Shown piece after piece: positions 1 to 11,035 of a stretch of 64,000 bases of DNA; position 1 is the first letter of the stretch, and each line of letters opens with the position of its first letter. Location: the NCBI GenBank assembly GCA_030704615.1, contig CM060732.1:68510001-68574000 (forward strand), given 5' to 3'. Origin of the DNA: Takakia lepidozioides (lineage: Eukaryota; Plantae; Bryophyta). The translations under genes were made by a program, and so were the position numbers. The notes under the pieces are model-generated. The model worked only from the letters and a program-made list of their open reading frames with translations, made no database searches and was not told the DNA's origin.

Positions 1-120
1 GAGCAGCCAAGAAAAAGGTGAAATTCTTAAGACCCACATTTCTGTTTCGTTGCTGATATGAATATAGCCCACATAAGACATCTGCACCACGCTGAAAGCA
101 CCGCAAACTGGAAGCCCAAA

Positions 121-810
121 CAGTGTGCGGCAACGCACACTGTTTGGGCCTACCAATTTGCTTGATTGTTCAGGTGCGAAACGCCCAAACTTGGGCACTA
201 CAACAGGTTCAACACAACCCAAATTGCAACCTCAAACAGTGTGAGTTGAGCTGAACATTTCACTGCTGTTTCCATCTGGATATCGGTTTTCCAAGATATG
301 TATGTCAGGACGACAGAACCCTTCAGTGGCAGCTCAAACAGTGTGAGTTGAGCTGAACATTTCACTGCTGTTTCCATCTGGATATCGGTTTTCCAAGATA
401 TGTATGTCAGGACGACAGAACCCTTCAGTGGCAGCTCAAACAGTGTGCGTTGGCGCACACTGTTTGAGCTGAACATGTAAGTGTTTTTCCCGATTGAAAT
501 TTGGACTTCCAGGGCAGGTTTATGATGATGAAATAACCATTCAGTGGCAGCTCAAACAGTGTGCGTTGGCGCACACTGTTTCAGCTGAACATGTCACTGT
601 TTTTTTGGTGTTAAAATTCGGCATTTAGGGCACGTTTCTGAGGATGAAATAACCATTCAGTGGCAGCTCAAACAGTGTGCGTTGGCGCACACTGTTTAAG
701 CTGTACATGTCACTGTTTTTTTGGTGTTAAATTCGGACTTCCAGGGCAGGTTTATGATGATGAAATAACCATTCACTGGCAGCTCAAACAGTGTGCGTTG
801 GCGCACACTG
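121..810. repeat. Minisatellite of ~102-119 bp units carrying the palindrome CAGTGTGCG-TTGG-CGCACACTG; probably intronic
   Basis: Identical 102-bp units at 231 and 333. Hairpin-bearing units near 432, 548, 665 and 780, with an 18-bp stem at 432-471. Possible donor AAG|gtgaaa at 17/18. Confidence 0.85.
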
Positions 811-832
811 TATGTAGGGGCCCGATTTTTTT

Positions 833-1463
833 TTGCTTCTTAGTTCCTTGTGGATGTCATGTTCGCAAACTCGTCTATTTGAAGCTGTTTGTCTCGTCCG
901 GGTGCATCCACAAACGACTCCGGCCGGCATTACCGAATTTGCCATCACTCATGGGGCCAAGTTCATAGATGACAAGACAGATCCCCCCACGGATGACATG
1001 CATCACAACTACGTCGACAGCAACGTGTGCTTGCGAAGGGGGAATGGGGTTCCTTGGAGAGGGGCGAGGGAGAGGAGCCCGGCTTTCATTCAAACGATTG
1101 TGGAGTGCTGCACCTACACAGACGCCAGAGTTCTGGATTTGTCGATGGGCACAGGTTCGTCTCTTCAACATTCACATTTCATGAGGTTTGATTGAGCTTG
1201 CACTTTCAGCACTTCCCACCGTTCCGAATGTGTCTTCAATGTCTTCTTCATTCATTCTATTCCACTGCAGGTGCTTCTTACCACGCTTGCAAGGCCAGTG
1301 CGTGACATCTCTTTGGATTGAAGGGGATGCTGAGATTTACAAGAACCTCCTGATGGGTTTGGGTGGACACACTTCTCAAGTCCTTCCGAAGCCCCGTCCC
1401 GTTGATACTGATACAGAGGAGACTTCTGACAAGGAGCTGGACTCCGACTTTGCCTGTGAGTAA
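833..1463 (+). pseudogene. C-terminal part of a beta-class N4-cytosine/N6-adenine DNA methyltransferase-like gene (spliced, disrupted)
   Basis: RERSPAFIQTIVECCTYTDARVLDLSMGT joins across a GT-AG intron (1155-1270) to GASYHACKASA*HLFGL and then, after a frameshift, EGDAEIY. This matches the KP..L...I...T..GD.VLDPF.GSGTT..AA...GR..IGIE.D SAM-binding signature. TGA at 1303 and frameshift near 1320. Confidence 0.6.
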
Positions 1464-2242
1464 GTTCAACCTTTGCATGCTTGCATTGTTGTTTCAATAT
1501 CGAGAATCGCTGTTCTTGAGGCAAAGTGCACATTGGAGACATCCTCTTTGTTGGACTTGTGCATTGCATCATTGTGTTAAAAATGGGGTTTTGTGGACAT
1601 GTGCAGGAGTCTGCGTGCTTCCACTTGCCCTCCAGGGCTATCACACCTATTTGGACTTGTTTGCAGTCCTCCTCGGTCTTGCGTGCTACCTGTCTATGCG
1701 GAGGCACTCGCAGCAAGCATGTCCGTTCATGGGACTCCGAGTCCACCTTACGACGGCCTTCGTAGAACACGTGGTGTTGGGGCCAGAATCTTTGTAGATG
1801 ACATAGCACAGGAGGTGGACACTGATTGTGATGACTGCGACACTTGATATGAAGTTTTCTTTTGGTTTAATTCTGGGCCAAATTTGAAATGGGATGGTTG
1901 TGTGTCCTTGTTGTCCTGTTTGCAATGTGTGCGTGGAATTCACATTCATGGTTACAAACTATTGTTGGAGATGGGGGTTGCATGGACTGCCTGGATTGTT
2001 CCTTCAATCTATTTGGTGTTTTGTGGACCTCACAGACTTAAGTGCATTGCGAAAACAAACAAACCACTTTGGTTCGTGTAGAGCATCCTCGCATCATTTG
2101 CTAATTGGTCCCAAAACTATTCCTGCTAGAAGAATGGTTGGTGAATCCATCACGGTGAAGTCCACCTCATCAAAAACTGTTCAGGCATTCTCAATTCTAC
2201 CCAAATCAACCCGCGGAAATAGGTGACACCACTCGGAAATAG

Positions 2243-3241
2243 GTGACATCCGCGGAAATAGGCACTGTTTGCATGCTGACGTGGCGTGAGCCTGTGCCGG
2301 GCTCACGCTTTCCTGGGCTCACAGGCTCATGCCTCCGGGCTCATGGAATAGCACCCCCCATTGTGGAGGAACCTCCAACACAACGGCAAGCTCCAGCATC
2401 AAATAGTGCCACTGAAATGGTGCAGGAGAGAAACAACCCCCTTGATGTGCTTGAGTCCGCATGCCCCGACCACGTTTGGCACATAGAACGCACAAGTGTA
2501 GGGTCTCGTGTGAAATGTACAACGATCAGGGCAACTAATTTCGAGAAGTGCACTTCATCTATATCCAGAGGTGGTGCCCGAACTCCTGCTCCGACTTTCA
2601 CGGGCTTGATGCGTCCATACGGTCAACCAGAAGCCAAGAACCACAAGTTCTGGTTCTGCGCAGATGATTGTGCCAAATGTGTGCATGGAACTGTGTGTCC
2701 TTCCGTAGTGATGAAGCCATCTCCTCCAACCGTTTGGCCCATGAAGGTGGGAACACATCTCAGCTTTCAAGAGATTGAAATGCTGGAGGAGGCAGGTTTT
2801 TCCCTTGCGAGACAACCCCAACTCCATGCATGTGCTACTACTTCTGCGTCCTCCCGGGTCCCCCTGGCAAATCCTGACTTGTGGCCAACCAAACGAGATG
2901 GAAAGCTTGTTCGGCGTTTCCTTCCAACCGCTGAACACTTTGGCAAAGTGGAGTCCGCAAGAATGCTCCAAGCTCGTGTTGGAAGCACCACGGAAGTACC
3001 CGATCCAGGATATGGTCGGGTATTCACAATCATCACTTCTATATCTGCTGTTCATGATAGGACCTACGACATCACGGTTTCCAATTTCCCCAATTGCACA
3101 TGTCCTGATTTTGTGAATATGCTATCAACCAGTTTGGGCAAGAGAGGTAAATTCATACCCTGCAAACATTTGTATTTCATATTTTTGAAGAGGATGGTTG
3201 CGATCCCAAACGTGACAACTTCATTCACCAGGCCACTATGA
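2243..3241 (+). mobile_element. SWIM zinc-finger ORF, likely the 3' part of a Mutator-like or related DNA transposon gene
   Basis: YDITVSNFPNCTCPDF...IPCKHLYFIF (CxC-x-CxH SWIM), an upstream FWFCxxDCxxC motif, and flanking inverted motif clusters. Confidence 0.6.
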
Positions 3242-3739
3242 GTTTCAACGAGGTCGATACTCTTTTGCAGCGGGATACAACACATGGGTAGCATCAACTA
3301 TGCAATGTGGTATGTGGACGACCATGATTTGAAATGTGTAATTCACATCAATTCGTTGGCGGTGCAATGATATGGCCTCCAACTATACGGAGTGAGCTCT
3401 GAGTGTCAACTTTTAGGTAGTGCACATTTGTCATTGCACCGTTCGAAGTCTACATGTCTTGCTGTCGCTATGCACTACAATCATCTTTTGAAGATGATCC
3501 TAACTCTCATTGTTATTTGAGGAGGGAGGAAGGTCTTCCCGTGGCAGCCTTTATGGCGCACACTTTGTGAGGATATTTTTCGTCCTCGTAATTGTAAAAG
3601 TGAAACAAGCATTTGTAATTGCACAATGTTGGATGCTGCAATTGTAGGCCTCAACGCTCGTCTTGATTCTATTTAGGCAAGATTCCCTGCATTAATTCCC
3701 CGGTCATAGGACCATCCACGGTTATAGGCGGCGCATGTT

Positions 3740-3890
3740 AATGCTGACGTGGCAGATGACGGACAGTGCCACGTCATCATTTACCGCCACATCAGCATGC
3801 TGACATGACGCTCACGCCACGTCAGCATGTGTGCAGGCTCACGCCACGTCAGCTGGCGTGAGCGTACGCTCGCGCGCTCACGCCATTGCG
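3740..3890. repeat. Transposon-end motif cluster (GCTCACGCCACGTCAGC repeats and hairpin), inverted relative to 2271-2294
   Basis: caggctcacgccacgtcagc (3834-3853) and gctcacgccacgtcagcatg (3810-3829) are reverse complements of sequence at 2272-2294. Hairpin TGGCGTGAGCG...CGCTCACGCCA at 3854-3885. Confidence 0.65.
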
Positions 3891-6800
3891 TCGTTGGGTT
3901 GATGAGGTCCTCAAGGATGAGATGATGGGGCAGGATGAGGCCTTGTCATTGACTGAGCAAGCAGGGAGTACTGCTCAAGAGGTTGCGGCATAGCAACCAC
4001 GGGACGCGTCCTCTACCTCTAAGCCCACTGGACTTAAGGTTGCAGTTACGGAGGACAATTGGGAGCCTGACATTGGACCCATTGTCACCGGAGGAGAGAG
4101 ACGACGTATACGGTGGTTCCTGAGGGCTTACAGGAATTGCTTTGCCTTCAATTTGAAGGATTTAGGAGCACTGAAGGGTCAAGAGATTCGCATTGAATTG
4201 ACTACTGACACGCCAATCTTTTGGAGACCCTATAGATACAGTGACATGGAGAGATCCTTGATTCAGATGAGAACTCAGGACCTTTGGGAGGCTGGTTTGG
4301 TGGAGCTATCTGGGGGAGAGTATGCTTCAACCACAGTGATGCCAGCCAAGAAGGATGTCTATGGCAATTGGACAGAGAGACGTATGTGCGGTAATTACCG
4401 ACCTGTAAATCGTCAGACCAAGTCCAATAGGTATGCCATGCCGACACTAGAGGAGATCTTTGATGCCATTGGGCATGCCAAGGTCTTTAGCAGGTTGGAT
4501 TTACGATCCGGATATCACCAGTTGCTGATCAAGGAGGTGGGTAAGCAAAAGACGGCATTCTGGGGGATCAATGAGCACGGGAAGGATTGCCTATACCAGT
4601 GGCGGTTCTTACCATTTGGGCTTAAGAACGCTCCGGCAGAGTTTCAGAGAGTCATGGATAGGATTCTAGCAGGGGTGGAGTTTGCTAGGTGCTACATAGA
4701 TGACATCATCATCTTTAGTGCTACGGTGGAAGAGCATGAGAGACACCTTCAGGGGGTATTTGAGCGCTTGAGGGCGCACGGATTGAAGTTACATCCGGGA
4801 AAGTGCAAGTTTTTCCACAACCAGATTGAGTATCTGGGTCACATGATATATCCTGGAGGATTGGGGGTACAGCAGACTAAGGTAGAGTCCATTGCACAGG
4901 TTCCACGCCCCACTGATGTGAGCCGAGTTCGAGCTTTCATGGGGTTAGCAAACTATTATAGACGGTTTGTTAAGGGATTTAGTGCCATTGTAAAGGCTCT
5001 AACCAAGCTGACCAAGGTGGACCAAGAGTGGCAGTGGGAAGATGAGCAAGAACAAGCTTTTCAAGAGCTCAAGGCGAGGTTGACCTCGGCGCCCATCTTG
5101 AGACGACCTATCAGGGGGCGTCCTTTTCAGCTGCATACAGATTGGAGCATGTTGGGGCTTGGAGCGGTGCTCACACAGGTGGATGATGAGGGAAAAGAGT
5201 TCGTAGTGGCTTATGCTAGCCGCTCGAACAACGTTGCAGAGTCTAAGTATAGCTCATATGAGGGAGAATGCTTAGCTGCAGTGTGGGCCGTGGCACACTT
5301 CAGGTGCTATCTATACGACAATCTCTTCACCCTTGTCACGGATCACCAACCACTCAAGTGGTTGATGGAGTCAGACAAGCTTACGGGGAAGTTTGCACGG
5401 TGGGCACTCATCCTTCAAGAGTATGACTTTCAGGTGGTGCATCGACCGGGTTTGGTCAATTGCAATGCAGATGGGTTGAGTTGCAATCCATGCATGAGCC
5501 AACAGGATGACACTGGAGCTCGGTGGCATGGTGAGACGGACGAGGAGATGGTGCACGGATGGCATGCATCTGCATTTCTGTGTATCTTGGCAGCGGAAGG
5601 CCAGGTTGGACCTGCAACAGGGATGACTGTAGATCAAGTGTCTGAGGACCGTGAGGCCAGCAATAAGCAAGGTGGCGCCAAAGATATACATGAGGATTCA
5701 GTTGTGTTGGACTACCTACGCACTGGAGACACTGCAGCCACTGTGACTGCCAGGAGAGGGATCGGATCCTACAACGAGCCAAGAGGTTCAAGTGGGAGGG
5801 GACACACCTGCTCCGAGTGTGGGAGGATGGTCGAGTGAGGATTGTGCCTCACCCAACACAGCGGGCACAGTTAGTGCGGCATGCCCATGAGGAGTTGGGG
5901 CATTTTGGGGTACGATGCACTCATAGTCTACTGCAGGGGCAGTATTGGTGACGTGGTATGCACACAGAGGTGCAACAATTTGTGGCTAGGTGCATGGTGT
6001 GTGACAGGGTGCGTGCTTCATTCAACGCCCCTACTCGACAATTGCACCCTCTTCCGATCATGGGATTGGGCTACAGGTGGAGTCTTGACTTCACAGGGCC
6101 GTTGCCACTGACCATGCGCCATAACAAGTACGTGTTGGTGATGGTGGAGCACTTCTCCAAGTGGATTGAGTTGGTTCCATTGCCTGATAAGGCTAGTGAG
6201 GGAGCTGCGTATGCATTCTTGGATTGTGTGCTTAGCCGATTCGGTGCTCCAGCTGAGGTACTCACGGACCAAGGGAGAGAGTTCTTGGGGGAGTTTCAAG
6301 CTTTGTGTGACAAGGCCTTGATAGACCACCGCACCACTTCTCGGGATCATCCTGCCGATGGCTTGGCAGAGAGTTCAGACAATAAAAAGGGATTTGCGCA
6401 AGTATGGCTTGCAGAAGGGACACCTAGGAGATTGAGACCTTCAGTTACCCTGGTTAGCCATGGGCTACAGGTTCAGCAAGCAAGCATCACTTGCCTCCTT
6501 CTCACCATACTTTCTTCTCTTTGGCCGAGAGCCGGATTTGCCTACATCCATTCGCAGGGAAGCTGCTACAGTTCTTAACCTTGACGATCCGGACGTGTGG
6601 GCACGTGCATGTGAGCAGCGTGCAGAGTTGTTCAAGAAAGTCATGCCCATGGCTTTCGAGAACCTTGCCATTGCACAACACCGTGATACGTTGAGGTATG
6701 CTACCATACGTGGTGGGGGCTATCGTCCTGGGGTTCGGAGATTCAACCCTGGTGACTATGTCTATCTGCAGCAGACTGCTCCTACGACCTTGGATGTGAC

Positions 6801-6975
6801 TACACCACGTGTTATTTTGAGGGTTCGAGAGGTCTTACCCTCAGGCGTCTTGGTCTTGGAGGGTCGGGATGGCATAACTTGGAAGGACCATGTGCGTAAT
6901 TGTGCGCCATGTCACCTTCCGAATGTCGATGGCAGGATTGACCCAAACCTGGCAGTGGTATCTGCAAGTTTGAGG

Positions 6976-7110
6976 TGCATGTTGTGTGGGTCTGCTAAAG
7001 GGGCAGCCACCATGCTGGTGTGTGATCGATGCTCTAGAGGTTGGCATATGGGATGCTTGACTCCACCTCTTGAGATGGTTCCGGATGGGGATTGGTTATG
7101 TCCACCATGC
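6976..7110 (+). other. PHD finger at the integrase C-terminus
   Basis: CMLCGSAKGAATMLVCDRCSRGWHMGCLTPPLEMVPDGDWLCPPC, a canonical C4HC3 pattern, in frame with the integrase tail (ORF 6460-7119). Confidence 0.92.
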
Positions 7111-7367
7111 ATTGGATAGTGGGAGTGGATACAACCATGGGAGGCTAACAAGAAATGCAAGGCCAAGCTACTAGGAGACCTTGAACACACGAGATCCTGG
7201 CTCAAGTTCACAGATTGCAAGACGGCGACTAACGATGGGGCTACTCTTGTACCCGGCCTCTTGGTCAATAGAGTTTGAGTACAACATGATAGAGGACTTA
7301 GTACGGCTGTGGCTATTACATAGCTATCTAGAGTTAGAGGGACCTATCCACCAGCTAGGGGGGCGAT

Positions 7368-7808
7368 TGTGGCAGACTACTTTATTGTGTATCTATGTGT
7401 GGTGTGGTTTGGACAACGATGTAGTTGTGTAGCGATATGTATGCGCACGACAGCTGTCAAGTTAAATAAACACAGTGTGAAACTAACTAGAATAAAACTA
7501 GTTATTTATATTTAACACTTGGATTTAGTTCAAGTGTTAAGTCAGGTGTCAAGTTTGAGCTTGACACCTGAACCATCTTATCTTCACGAGAGCGTCAGTC
7601 GCGCAGCTCATCTCTCTCGAGTTGAGCCTGCGCGACCGAGTTCCTTCATCGCTTCAGATCTGAGTGTGCTTATGTAGGGGTATAGGTTGTTGTGGGGTGG
7701 AGTCCCCATAGCTTGGGGTGCCCCTGGCTCGACTATTATCTTAAAGAGTGATGCTGTTGGATTCATGTTGTTTCTTATGTGAACAGTGTGTTCTTAGCTT
7801 TCTTATCA
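7368..7808 (+). repeat. Putative 3' LTR of the PHD-Gypsy element; its first ~85 bp is repeated directly afterwards
   Basis: Starts with TG just after purine tract AGGGGGGCGA and ends TCTTATCA. 7366-7452 is nearly identical to 7808-7894. Confidence 0.6.
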
Positions 7809-9450
7809 TTGTGGCAGACTACTTTATTGTGCATCTATGTGTGGTGTGGTTTGGACAGCGATGTAGTTGTGTAGCGATATGTATGCGCACGACATAGGCT
7901 TTAGGGCAGTGTTTAGGCTGACATCTAGTACATTTCCAGCTTTGACTATGTCACCATGAACCAGTAAACAGATGCAAAGAGCAAATGAGAATATAATTGC
8001 CCGATGTCTAAGCATCGCAGCTCCATGCATGTAAGCCCCCAAGCATTTCTGATCCTCGTAATGGGAGTAGACCTAGAGGGGGTTGTGTCCAAAACTGTAG
8101 AGGTTTGGCCAAAGACTGTCCTTAAAAATGAGGTACCCTAGACTTGTTTTCAATCTATGACAAGAGCAAAGACCTGATCTCATGATCTCAGCAAACACCC
8201 CTTTATAATGTCACCATCTTATAATTGTCCTTTTCTATTAATGTTATGAAATCTTTGCTCTGTAAAATGTATTGCAAACATGCATATCGAGGATGATGAT
8301 GTTCCTCAGAAGATTTACATGAGATAGGTGATGAGACTTATGAGGATGTAGTTGCATCAATGGAGGGCCCTTTGGAAGTTGTGTGGACATGAAATCTTAA
8401 ATCGTAGGCATTTTGCCATTTTTTTGGACTTTTAAATAATACAATTTAGGCATTTTTTTCCACATATTTGGACATTTTGGTAACTTTTCATAATTTTCGA
8501 ACAATTAGGCATTTCTCAGGAAAATTTTCCAAGTTTTAGGCACATTTTCCAAAAATGTTCTAATTTTAATTAGGCACTTGATTTTGAATTAATTATTGCC
8601 TAATAAGCTAGGTAAGTACGAAAGTACCATTTTTATATTATTATTGTTATTATTATATTGAATGTAACAATTACAGAGGTATTTTAACAAAGAGGAGAGA
8701 GGGAAAAAAAGAGAGAGTAGGTATTCAATAACAAATAACAAATAACACTCTTCTTGTCATTCTTATTGTAAATTTTTATAGAGTAAGGAAACCATAATAT
8801 TTAGGATGACATAACAAAAAAAGAGGTAACATTCATCTAGGTTTGACTATAGTCTTTTCTTTTCCTTTTCCATCCTTCCATACAAGCCCCATACTAGCTG
8901 AATCACAATCAATGGAACTTCATAATGGGACTAAACTCCTTCCTACTCCTACCCTAACATAAGTAGGGCTGCTAGATGATTTACCGCTCTCATCCTCAAC
9001 AAACGCAAGATTGAGAGTGGCCAATTGGTCACTGTAGGTAGGTCCAATTTCATAACTTCATAGAGCCCACCTTCCGAAGGGGCTAGTACTGCAAGGGGAA
9101 GAGGCTCTTATTTACGCATACATAGGTTCCAAATAGGGTCCCACAAGGGCTATTCCCCAAGGTCGAAAAGGGGAGAGGATTGGAACAGACAATGGGGAGA
9201 GGGGGCGGTGCTGTTGGAATGGGTTGAAATGTGAGCCAGGTGAGGCTAAGCATAGAAGTAGGCGGTGGGCCGTCCCTTCTAGTTCTAGAACTTTCCGGAA
9301 TGAGGCGGTGGGCCCCTTCTAGACCATCAGCTTGAGAGAGTATATAAAGAGGGAATTGGGCAGTAGCCGTAAGGTGAAGTGGCTCTTAGTTACGCCAGTT
9401 TCGGCCGGAGTCTTCTCTCTCTATAAAGAGGGAAAGGGCTACATTTAGCG

Positions 9451-9717
9451 CAGTGTTTTTTTTCTTGACGAAAAATCGCCAAATGGCGACCTCAAAACAT
9501 TAAAATGGAATATTCTGTCACAAATTCCCTGTTTTTCATGGATGAAATCGCCAAACTTCTAAAGGGGAAAAAAAAGATGGATGAATTTGCCAAATATGGA
9601 TGATATAAATGGATGAAAGTACATATGAGGATGATTCTATCCAAATTTTCAATGGATGAACAGAATATATAGCTATTTCTTGTAGCCACTCGTGCAAATT
9701 TATGAAAAAAATCACTG
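9451..9717. mobile_element. hAT-type MITE
   Basis: TIRs CAGTGTTTTTT / AAAAAATCACTG; 8-bp TSD ATTTAGCG / ATTTAGAG (7/8); internal ATGGATGAA repeats. Confidence 0.75.
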
Positions 9718-9805
9718 ATTTAGAGGTTTCTTTTGCCTCCACAAGCAGGGCCCCATTACCTGCGAGGGGAAGAGGCTCTTATTCAGGCTCTGCATAAGCA
9801 GGTGA

Positions 9806-10713
9806 TGTAAGAGTGGGAAGGGTAAGTAGTAGGAAGGCAGAGTCCAGACTCTTATTTACGCTTCCTGCCAGGGAGGCGTCAGCCTTTGACTGCCATATCT
9901 TTTGTGTGCGATGCCTCACGAGTCAGGGTCCACATGTTCCTCATGTCGCTGCGGGTCGGGAGGGTGGGGGGCTATAAACACGGGAGACTGTCCCACTTAT
10001 ATGAGTGCTTCAGCTTTCGTAGAGCCCACCTCTGAAAAGGGGGTTGTACCTGTCAAAGGGGATAGGCTCTTATTTACGCTAACTTGGGTTGGCGTCAGAT
10101 CCATGTATGTATATGCTTCAAGGTACGCAAGCTTTGGTGTGTTCGGGATAGTTCGGAGATAGTGGAGTAGCATGAAGCTGGAAGAGTTGGTGATATAAGG
10201 GTGGGGCGGGGTACAATCGGCCTGCTTGGCTAAGACTCTCAAACTACACGGCAGAAATCCCTTAGAGCTAGGCCTGCACTGTGTGTGCACAGCACCTTGC
10301 CTGTCGTAAGGTGGGTAGCCTGCAGCTGGATCGAACCTTTGGCTACTAATTGTAAACTTGGTGTTTTCGTGTTTTGCTGAGTATGGACTGGTTGCATTAT
10401 TGCAAGCACTACGGTAGTGCAGTTGGGTCCTCCTACTGATCATTTTCTTTGTCTCTGTCTACCATAGCTCTACGAGTAGTACAGTCTTATGCGCTTGCAG
10501 GTCCGATCGTGCTCACCTCTCACTGTGCTGCAGGCGGGAAGTGCAGCAGCAGCTGGTGGCTGCGGGCAGGGCCAATCTCCCGCAGCGATCCTGTTGCCGC
10601 GTGCTCCTACTACAGGCGGACAGCAGCAGGGAGCTCCTCGTAGAAGTTGAACCGCACGCTGGTTACGCAGTCGGCCTGCTTTGAGGTAAGGCCATGGCCA
10701 TGTAGCCCTTACA
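9806..10713. mobile_element. Putative solo LTR
   Basis: Bounded by TGTAAGAG...CCCTTACA. Shares the GGCTCTTATTTACGC motif with the nearby 9033-9443 segment. No TSD found. Confidence 0.4.
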
Positions 10714-11035
10714 TCGAGACTCTCTACATTTCAGCCTGCACACTTCACCCTCCATACTCTCATTTGCTTCCACAACACCGATAACTTTCTTCCAGGGGGT
10801 ATGTATGCAGGGAGAGTCCAGCGACTCATTCAATAATTAGTCCTCCCTTGCCATTCAGGGCAAGCTTGGGTTGTTTCTGGCGAAGCCCGCCCCATACACA
10901 TGGCCAATTCCACATGTACCTGGGTCCTGGGATCTCTCCCACTCAGCCTGCTTAGTCGGCCTCTTTGTCAAACTGATGAGAAACTTTCCTGTTTCTGCAG
11001 AATTCTGTTATAAGGTGCACACCTTCCTGTTCATC

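Larger units (their letters stand above)
3892..7894 (+). mobile_element. 5'-truncated Ty3/Gypsy LTR retrotransposon: RT-RNase H-integrase-PHD finger plus 3' LTR
   Basis: RT (LDLRSGYHQ, LPFGLKNAP, YIDD) and RNase H (LHTDWS, YEGECLA, TDHQPL) in 4153-5838. Frameshifted integrase (AHEELGHFG, CMVC, SLDF, TDQG; GPF/Y-like region). PHD at 6976-7110. PPT at 7357-7366. Confidence 0.92.

Noticed and set aside
231-810. CRISPR-like array of palindromic repeats
   Set aside because: The intervening sequences are homologous to each other, there are no cas genes, and the context is eukaryotic. It is a minisatellite.
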